A program made the position numbers and the translations under genes. From positions 1,832,445 to 1,888,270 of the forward strand of contig WELB01000002.1 of NCBI GenBank assembly GCA_009602725.1: a stretch of DNA of 55,826 nt, read 5' to 3'. This DNA comes from Spirogloea muscicola (lineage: Eukaryota). The notes under the pieces were generated by a model. The model was not told the origin of the DNA and ran no database searches. It worked only from the letters and a program-made list of their open reading frames with translations. Positions 46,659 to 55,826 of this stretch are shown piece after piece; within the stretch, counting starts at the first letter, position 1; every line of letters starts with the position of its first letter.

Positions 46659-47260
46659 GTTGCCTGTCTTCGAGTCAACGGCACTTGGCAATGTACGGGA
46701 GCCCTCGCCGGCGCCGAGAGACCACAGGCGCGGCCTCCCTCGTCGCCGCCGCGCGCCGCCGGCAGCTGCGGGCGCCGGTGGAGCGCTTGCAAGTCGGAGC
46801 AAAGAGGCGGGAATGGGGGAGAAGGCCGCCTGCAGCTGAGCAAGACTCCGGGGGGTTGATAGACCGGGCTTTTGTCGGATTCTTCTCCCCGAGCGAGGGC
46901 GTCGTCGCCGGCCCGGCAGATCTGCTGCTGTGCTGGATTTCTTACCCGGGGCGGCAGAACCTGCGCGGTGTCAGCGTCAATGGGGTTTGGCCGGGGTGGC
47001 GCTGACGCTTAAACCCCGCCTTGCGCCGCTCAACACCCAAAACCTCGCAGCAGCTCCAAACCCCTCCTGCCGTAGCTCGCACTCCGTGGGGCCGCCGCCG
47101 CTCCTCGAGCCTCCATTGCCGCAAAGCAGCGGATGAGGCGCCTCCTGTGCGAGCTCGACGCTTCTCTGCCTCCTCCACTGGACGCTCTGAGCCCTCCAGG
47201 CTCTATTGCTGTCCTGTGCTGCGCACGGGAGGCACCAGCTCGTCTCTGGAGGGCCTCGTG

Positions 47261-50200
47261 ATGGCGGGCCTCCTGGCCGGAGCACCCGGCCTCTCCCCCG
47301 CGCCGGGAGGCCGTTGCCTTCGCTCCAGGTGCATGCTGCACCTCTCTTTCCTCTCGTCGCTCCTGCAAGGCCGCCGCTCCCAGCAGCTGGCGCTGAAGGA
47401 GCGCTGCTGCTGTTCTTGCAGGCGGCACAGCCATGCCCAACGAGCCCAGAGACGGCAACGCTTCCGTGCCACAACCCCGACTGGTGAGCAAGCTTCAAGC
47501 TTCAGCTGCAGCAAATGCACCGGGACTTCGCTCCTTGCTTCACTCTACAGCGAAGCGGATACCTTCAATGACTGCTTATTGTGGTTACCACTGTGCCAGC
47601 CATTGCAGCCCCGGTGGCCCCACCGCAGACCGTAGACCTCCCGGACGGCACGACGCCATCGCAGCTCAACAAGTACAGCGCCCGTGTGACGCAGCCCAAG
47701 TCGCAGGGCGCCTCTCAGGCGAGGCTTCCCTGCTACTTCACATTCTGCGGAGGCCCATCGAGGATGTTCCTCTTGACACTGCAGACTGCTCTGCTCTTGT
47801 TCATACTGTGACAGTTGCACGGAGTCCTTCTTGCGCTGCTTCAGAGATTCATGCTTTTCTGGTTGTCGGATGCTTGACATTGAGATAGCTACAAGTGCCG
47901 CTCCTGCGCTCTTCTTGGACCTGTAGCTCTCTTGTGATGCAGAGTGCCTCAGGCGTTCATTTGCCAATAGTGGCAGTGCGTCTCACTCTGAGCTCTGCGA
48001 GCAGTAGGGGAGGAAGCTGCAATCAGCGACTTCCTCACAGACACGCTGTTGTGCGGTGTCAGGCAATGCTCTATGGTGTAGGCCTGTCGGAGGAGGACAT
48101 GCATAAACCCCAGGTGAACAGATCATTGACGCAGCATCCTCTTGCGGGCTTGCGAGCATGTCTTCTTCCTACTACACCAGCACGGAGTCACGGCACAGTC
48201 CCTTCTTGGACATCGAAAGGTGATGTCCAGAGGCGCAGGGCCACTACCTAACAGACATTGACCAGGTTGGGCTTGCTGGCGAGACACAGGTAGGCATCTC
48301 GTCAGTCTGGTACGAGGGCAACCCTTGCAACAAGCACCTCCTGATGCTGTCAGGTGAGACACCCGGCTTGCCTGTGCAGGAGCAGCTTGGGGTTTTGCCA
48401 TCTGCTTATGCTTGCATGAGGGCTGTGGTGGCCAGTCTTGAGATGAGCCTTAGCTAGCCTTTTCCCCGTAGCCCAAGTTAGTCAAACCCAGTACTTGTCT
48501 AAGAATCTGTCAGAAGACTGGATGCACAGTCGCTGTTATAAGACCTCGGTCATAAATTGGCCCCAGAATTGGCCACAGAAATGGTATACAAGCAACTGCC
48601 ATTGATCTACGTACAGGTAGCTGCTTCATGACCACAATAGAAGCAGGCCATTCTGTGTCACCTGGAAGCCACAGTTTCACACCAGCTTTGTTGCCGCTGT
48701 GGTGGAGCAGAGGCCGTGAAGGAGGGCATGACAACCGCAGGCCTCGTCGGGTTCCGCTTCAACACAGTGGGCGTAAGCGATGCCATCTCCATGGGCACCG
48801 AGGGCATGAGCTTCAGCCTCCAGTCACGGTACTTGGCCAGCCCATGCTTGATACGTGGTAGAGGAAGCTTCATGGCACGTGCATGAGTGCCTCCAGAGCC
48901 AGCGGGCCTAGGTGGATGCAGAGCAGCACTACATGCAGTGTTGTGCATTGGCAATGCACTGGTGGATCCGTAATGTCAGGAACAAGAGACTGTGCAGGGA
49001 TCTGATTGCTGACAGCATTGAGACGGTCATGGGCGGCCAGTGGTACGACGCCAATGTCTCCATCCCAGGATGCGACAAGAATGTGAGCACTAGCAGATTA
49101 GGCAGCGTCGCAAGCCATCTGCAAGCTAGCTGGACCTTGTAGTTGCACTTGCCCAAGGCTAAGTCAGCAGAGCTCCTGCTGCAGCTACATCAGCAGGGGG
49201 CTCAGCAGCACGGACTGGTGTTCCTTTCCATGAGACATCATCCTCGCCATCTCTATCTTTGCTGTTGCGCGGTAGATGCCAGGCACAGTTATGGCTATGG
49301 CTCGCCTCAACCGCCCAAGCCTCATGATCTACGGCGGCACGATCAAGGTCATCATGTGATATGGTGGTCACTTGATTGCCTCAACCAAAGGAAAAGAAGC
49401 GTGTTCGATACACAGCTGTCTGCAGCCCCTGGCGATGGCCTTGCTTAGTGAGCGTGCCCTCTTTGCTACTGTTGCAAGCAAGGACGGTGTGCAAAACTGA
49501 ATCCTTCAGTTCCAACCTTGCGCAGCCTGGTCACGTCAACGGGGCTCCTGTGGACATTGTGTCAGCTTTCCAGGTATTGGTCTGGTCAGCGCTAGCTTGT
49601 GGGAAGCTTGCAGAGATGATGATGCCTGATAAAGAGTCTGCTATTCAAACCTGGTTCCAGACATGCAAAGAGCAGTAGACGAATGATGCCTCAGTGTTCT
49701 GTTGCCCTCTCTTGGTGCACAAGCCTGCACAACAATCAGGTGATATATACGTAGACAATCTATCGTGCATAATAAGCATAGCTCTGTGCTTCCAGAGCTA
49801 TGGAGAGTACGTGAGCGGGAGAATAACAGAGGAAGAGCGGCAACAAATCGTGCGGTCCTCGTGCCCAGGGTTTGGCGCTTGCGGTGGCATGTACACCGCC
49901 AACACAATGGCTAGTGCCATTGAGGCACTTGGCATGACGCTCCCATACAGGTGAGCGAAAGCTGTTGGCAGTGGCCACGTTCGACTTGTGGACCTAGATG
50001 CGTCACATATTTGTGATTTGCCGACTACAATGAATCCCTTGAGCATGTTGGACGGAGGAACTCGTTGCTAACACTGGGCATCCCTTCAAGCAGCTCCTCC
50101 ATCCCAGCAGAGGACCCACTGAAGTTGGAGGAGTGCCGCCTCGCCGGCTCGTATGTGCTGGAGTTGCTGAAGCGAGACCTCCGACCTCGTGACATCATCA

Positions 50201-53138
50201 CACGGGCGTCCCTTGAGAACGCGATGACCATCGTCATGGCCCTCGGGGGCTCGACCAATGCTGTCCTCCATCTCATTGCCATTGCAAGGTTCCACTGCAG
50301 ACACCCCTCCCCCTTGGCTGCAGGGCTGTGCCATTACAAGTCTACCTGTGCAAGTTGTCCAATACCAGACAGTGATCCTTACAATGTACCTTGTGCAGAT
50401 TGATGACCTGCAATATTGATGCTCCTATCCTCTGTTAGTCATGTGATTGTATGTGTCGCAACTTTTGCCGTTCACGTGCCAGATGTTCGTTAAGTACAGC
50501 TTCTGTCACTTTGCTCTGCGCGTTCATAACTTGCCGTTTTGTATCTTGCTGCTTCTTGAGCTCAGGTCTGCCGGCGTTGACCTGGTCCTCGACGACTTCC
50601 AGCGCTGCAGTGATCGCGTACCGTTCATTGCAGACCTCAAGCCAAGCGGCAAATTTGTCATGGAGGATGTGCACAGAGTAATACTTTGCTGGCTTTCTGT
50701 GGTGCTACACCCTCGTTCGATCGGAATCTGTATAAGCCTGAGCATTTGTTTTGAATATGAAGTGAGAGCTCTAGAGCCTTGACATTGGTAAAAGCCCACA
50801 TTGTCCCTAATTGTGCCCTCACACAGTGTGTTAGACACATTGTTGCAACTACTGCGTCACGTCCAGCTGCAGGAAATACAGAAGGCAGCCTGTTTTGTCA
50901 TTGAATGAGATCTCCTCTGCACTCTGGTCGCTTGGCAAGGCAGATAGGCGGCACGCCAGCAGTTCTCAAGCTGTTGCTGGAGAAGGGCTACATTGATGGC
51001 AGCTGCATGACTGGTATTCCTTTGACCTTCCCAGAGTGTCACAAACCTTAATTCCTAAACCCTAACCCCTAAACGACACAGATTTCACTTCACTTCACTG
51101 GAGGTTGCCACAAGTACAGCATCCTCTAACAGAGTATGAGACACAGAGCAGCACTTCATCTCTGCGACAGGTGCGAGCCAATTGTTGTCTGAGTTTGATT
51201 GTCTCGATGATGGACCTCATCTTGCAGTCACAGGAAAGACGATGGAAGAGAACCTGCAGCTGTGTCCGCCGCTTGCTGAAGGGCAGGTGATAGTCTGCAG
51301 AGCACGACGCTTGGTCCTTACTCTTGACAAAGTCCTGTGATGGATACTTGGTTCAGTCTTAGCTTCGAATTGCCCGTAATTTGTTTTCACACTTATATGT
51401 GTTTAATGTAGATACTTGAATATCTTTTACGGGTTGAGATCTAGGTATCTATGTTGCACTCACGTGCTCAGTGAGCACTACTGCATGTTGATGGCTTGTG
51501 GGAGCTGGAGATTGTTGCAGTCTTGCTCTCAGACCTGACAAGCTCCAGCCGTCTACTGCGCAGCATGTCATCAGGCCGCTTGAGGACCCCATCAAGCCAA
51601 CGGGCCACCTGCAGGTCCTCTATGGCAACCTCGCCCCAGATGGTTCGGTGGCCAAGATCACTGGCAAGGAGGGCCTCTATTTTTCAGGTCTGCCCTATCA
51701 CAGAGCTGCATTTCTGATGATCATACTCAAACCTTTGACAACAAATGCCAACATGCAAATGCTATACTGTACTCCGTCTATTTGTAAACAGGAGTCAATG
51801 ACATTTTCCTTCCAGCGAACTGGTCCTTCAGAGTTCAGGAAGTAGCATGAGCATGGCCAGAAGAATACCCTGCCAGTCCCTTGCGTCCAGGTCAGATAGT
51901 AAGTGAGCATGTCCTTCATTCCTCACAGTCCTTGTTGTCGCCGCCGATTAAGTACCCTGAGCTCCACCAAAATCATTGCAAGCAGGGCCTGCCAAGGTCT
52001 TTGACGGTGAAGAGGACATGCTCGCAGCGTTGTCCGAGAATCCAGATACTTTTAAGGTAAGGTTGCTGCAAAGGGTGCTGCAAGAAGAAGTTCAAGACCT
52101 CGCCCAGTTGCACAGTCTGTGAGACTACATAAGTCTGCTGCTTTGCTTGATCATTGCGCCTCCAGCAATAAGTGCCTCGTTTAGGTGTTCCAAAAGGCAT
52201 CCAAACTAGGCTGGTAGCATAGCAATCGTATTGGGGCCCTCTTTTGGTGGTGGGCGTTGTCTGACTCTGCCGCATTCGACTATGACGGTCATCGAGCGGG
52301 GGCAGGGTGCGGTGGTTGTGATCCGGGGCGAGGGCCCGCAGGGCGGCCCGGGCATGCCGGAGATGCTCACACCCACGAGTGCCATCATGGGCGCCGGCCT
52401 TGGCAAGGTCCATTGACCCCTCCCCTGCCCCGCTCTTGCGGTGCTGCCCGATGACCGCATCGTGTTGGCACTATCTCTTCCTGCACATATGCAGAGCACC
52501 AGCTGAGGAATTTGACACGCAGTATTTGTGTAGGACGTTGCGCTGCTGACGGACGGACGGTTTTCCGGCGGGTCACATGGCTTCGTGGTCGGCCACGTAA
52601 CTCCTGAGGCGCAGGTGCCCACGAGAGAGCCTCCTGTGACGCAGCAGCCTGACAAGGGTGGCTACTTAAGAAGCGGCGGAGCTGACATGCTATTGCCACT
52701 ACTTGAGGGCGTGTGCTGTGCAGGTCGGCGGCCCCATCGCGCTGGTGCGCAATGGGGACATCATAACTATTGACGTTGCTGAGCATGCAATCAACATGGC
52801 CGTGCCTGAGGCGGAGCTGGCGGCACGGCGTGCCGGCTGGACACCGCCACCGCTCAAGGCCACGCGAGGCACCCTGTATAAGGTCCCGTCTTTAACCTCG
52901 AACCCTAAAGCTTTTCCATTTATATGAGCATAAATCAAACCCTGTATTATGAACCTTACAAGCAACACATTGCTATTGCCCTTCTATCATGGCAGTACTT
53001 TGCAGCTCCACCCATTTAGCCGTAGTCTTCCTTGGGCCAGCTTTCCAGATCCTGCACAGTAGCACTTACTCCCCCCTTTGGATGCAGTACATCAAGAACG
53101 TCAAGTCAGCATCAGAGGGCTGCGTCACAGATGAGTGA
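47261..53138 (+). CDS. ilvD: plastid dihydroxy-acid dehydratase (IlvD/DHAD, multi-exon)
   Basis: [109 protein letters not shown], ending [10 protein letters not shown]. The start codon is less certain. Confidence 0.95.
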
Positions 53139-53829
53139 GCGATGACGGCTGAGAGAAGAGTGCAGGGCCTGCGGTTCTCGATTTTGTGAGTCCAGTGGCA
53201 CCAAAGTGCGGCAAGCAGCACAGCCAGCTGCACCGGTCTCCTGCAGAGCTTTTACCGTCAGGAGGCTAAGGCTTGCTGTGTGTCTCCCTGCCGTTGGCCG
53301 GTGTTTGTCTTCCCTGTCTTGATCTTACATTCACACCTCTCCCCAACAAAGCCCGGGGTAGTTTATCGCTCCACGAATTTTGTAGCTCACCCATCCGCTT
53401 GATTGCTGCAGTAGAAGCCTTCGTAATGGAAGCCTTCACTTTCTTTGCCGCCTCAAAAGCAGGATCTATCCAGGTCCTCCATAACTCGTGTATATTGCGG
53501 TTCCTGTCTCCCGCATGTGACAAGCTTGCACAGTGATCATGGCGAATTAATTTGAAGGCCTACATTGTCGCCACAGCTCGAGGATGCCAATCTGATGTAC
53601 AACTCTGCTGATCCTCACAGGAAGCTGGCCAAGCGCCTCGGTGGAGCCTTCGATCACAGTCCTAGAGGTTTGGCGGAAGCTATAACAGGGGAATTGCTAG
53701 TAGTAATGGGGCCTGGCACCCTGGTGCCTGCGCCGATGCCTGTGCTGCTGGCCCTGGGTGCCTGAAAGGCCTCATGAAAGAGAATGGGATGGAGCAGCAG
53801 CCAGCTCAAAATGAAATGACAAGGGTCTG

Positions 53830-54975
53830 GACAGAAAGTAGCTCTCCTAAAGAAGAAGTCGCTCTCCCATAGAAGTTAGGGGCTGGGAAAGGCCAGCCGG
53901 AAAAATGGGCTAGGTCCAAAGAGGCCGAAAGGCGTCCAATCCACACAGCTGTGCACGAGACTACGGCAGAGGGGAGCTTGGTGAGAAGGCTTAGTAACGG
54001 GGCAAGGGCTGAGGAAAGAAAAAGTGCGCTCCCGTGGAAGGTAGGGCTGGGAAAGGCCAGCCCAGAAAGTGTAGACAAGGTCTAACGAGCCGCAAGGCGT
54101 CTAAAACCACACAGCTATGCACGAGACTAAACGCAGATGGAAGCTTAGTAACCACGAGTGAGCGATGGCAAGTCAGAGTGACTCGCAGCTAGGAAAGAGG
54201 CACCCCGCCTGGACCCAGATGCAGCAGCCATAGCTATTCTGACCTGCACTTGCTGACTCGAGGTTTCTGAGAGTCTCCTTTCTGACCTCCCCCCCTGCCT
54301 GCTAGCTCTTCCGATTTGCATCTACTGACGAGAGGTTACTGAGTCCCCTTGCTGCCGTGTTAACACTTAGTACCGTGCTTTCTGCGCCATCCGGCGCCTT
54401 CAGACCTGACTGGTGGCCTCTCACAGCCACCAGTCAATCTGGCCGCCTTTCTTCTGACGTCTTAGCGCTTTGTATCTCTTTTCTTGCGCCATCTGGCCCT
54501 TAATGACCTTGTCCATTCTTTTGGGCTGGCTTCTCACAGCCACCGCTGTCAATCTAGAAGAGAGAAGGCGCGCGGTGTGCATGAAATTGAAAGGGAGGCC
54601 GAATCTAGCCTTACAAATGTTCTGTTAACTGGGTAATGAGCTGGCTAAGGGGGACACTAATATCCCCGAATGACAAGGTGACATGCATATCTGACAAGCT
54701 AAGCTGAGGAGCCAAACCACCACCACAGAAGCCATTAGCTAATGCACGACTAGCACGCTGGTGTATCGCGAGTGCCTGGGAGCGCTGTAGACTCAATGAT
54801 AGCTGCATGCTGTAGCGTGCAACGATGGCTTGCCCCCGTTCTGCCATAGCCTCTTCAGGCCCCGCAGTCGCTGCTTAGCTCGTAGTTTGGCCCCGTCGAA
54901 CCTTGTCAATTCTTTCGGGCTGGCTTCTCACAGCCCTTGCCCCCATTGGGAGAGCCACTTCTTCTTCTTCTTGCG
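53830..54975. mobile_element. nest of RLE non-LTR 3' ends in both orientations
   Basis: ORF ends HSDLPSLTRGY* (-, about 54145-54180), SDLHLLTRGF* (+, about 54238-54270) and SDLHLLTRGY* (+, about 54310-54342). A subfamily B copy lies at 54561-54837 (-). Stem-loop units at about 53890(-), 54055(-), 54522(+) and 54916(+). Confidence 0.7.
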
Positions 54976-55643
54976 GGACGCTGGAAGCGTCTCTCTTTCT
55001 TGATAGCGCGGCCTGCTCGCAGGTGGAGGAAAGCTCTGAACCGTCGGATTTGATCCAGGAAGGGAAAAAGGGGCCGGAGCTCCCAATCAAGTGCACAGGT
55101 CGCTTGCTGACGTCATTGGGCGGTTGCACACGCCCAAGGGTGGGCCCACCTGGCTCCCTCCCGCATCCTCGCGGGCTCTCCCAGCCGTACAGGGAGGCCG
55201 GGCCGTACCGCGACGGTTCATGCGCAGCCACGTGTCGCCTATGGCCCGCCCGCGGCGCACGGCGGGTGCCGCGGCACGTGCTCGTGCCAGAGCCGGCAGA
55301 CGCGGGCCGGCCGCGGGGCGTCGGCGGCCGCCAGCGGAGCGGGGTGCCACGTGGCTGGGCCACTCGCCCCCCACCCCCCAGCCATCTCCCGGCTACGCTA
55401 AAATAAGCTTAGACTGTTTTTCAGGATTTGGAAACGGATTTTTTGAATTAAATCGAGGCAGTCGCCGTGAAAGGCCAGCCCAAAGGTGTGTACGAGGTCT
55501 GGGAGGGCCGGGTCTGCATGCACCTGGCTGGTGGCATTGACAGCCGCTCATTCACAATCAGCAGCCGCAGTCTTTCTCCCCGGCGAGCTCGGACCACCCC
55601 GAGTCGCCCCGCCCCTCCGGCTCCGGGGTTCGCGGCGGCGACT

Positions 55644-55644
<1 letters not shown>

Positions 55645-55677
<33 letters not shown>
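55645..55677. repeat. (GCG)n trinucleotide repeat
   Basis: About 11 GCG units. Confidence 0.85.
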
Positions 55678-55739
55678 GAAATTCGGCGCCGGCTGTGGGC
55701 GTGGGAGATGCGCTTTCCGTGAGTCCAGATGCGGCGGCG

Positions 55740-55826
55740 ATGAGCCCCCGCCGGGAAGCCCGGCGACCGGCGGGGGCGGCGGCGGTGGCCATCGCCGCCG
55801 GGCTCGTGCTGGCGCAAGTCGCCGCC
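55740..55826 (+). CDS. possible 5' start of the next gene, runs off the window
   Basis: Open frame MSPRREARRPAGAAAVAIAAGLVLAQVAA, targeting-peptide-like, in a GC-rich first-exon-like context. No homology evidence. Confidence 0.25.
   Translation, partial: MSPRREARRPAGAAAVAIAAGLVLAQVAA

Noticed and set aside
51042..51073. Telomere-like CCTAAACCCTAACCCCTAAA (also TTTAGGTTTAGGG at about 13525)
   Set aside because: Only 2-3 degenerate units inside introns; too short to call an interstitial telomere or functional telo-box.
53266..53765. 85-aa minus-strand ORF downstream of DHAD
   Set aside because: No homology I recognise and no supporting exons; likely UTR or intergenic.
54321..54345. CTGACGA, resembling a hammerhead ribozyme core
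   Set aside because: It is part of the coding end LLTRGY*; no GAAA partner or stems found, and other copies lack the motif.

Overview
This is intron-rich, GC-rich eukaryotic nuclear DNA. The gene content (plant-type Nup85, ASY1, fused organellar GlyRS, plastid DHAD, CHS-superfamily PKS) points to a green-lineage organism, most likely a streptophyte alga; that taxon call is inference. Nine spliced genes can be reconstructed by eye: Nup85 (-), a NOL7/Bud21-like gene (+), a PnsB3-like 2Fe-2S protein (+), a CYP711-clan P450 (-), a FAAL-ACP-type III PKS gene (+), organellar alpha-beta GlyRS (+), a type II membrane protein with a long acidic stalk (+), ASY1/HOP1 (-) and dihydroxy-acid dehydratase (+). 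The main candidate for a new system is 15.3-26.8 kb: what appears to be one gene fusing a fatty acyl-AMP ligase, an acyl carrier protein and a plant-type type III polyketide synthase, transcribed divergently from a P450 about 1.06 kb away. The PKS part carries an intron at the same Cys codon as land-plant chalcone synthase genes. Four intergenic sites hold nests of 5'-truncated 3' ends of an RLE-type (CRE-like) non-LTR retrotransposon family that share a 3'-UTR stem-loop. All gene models and family calls come from manual splicing and remembered motifs; no searches were run.
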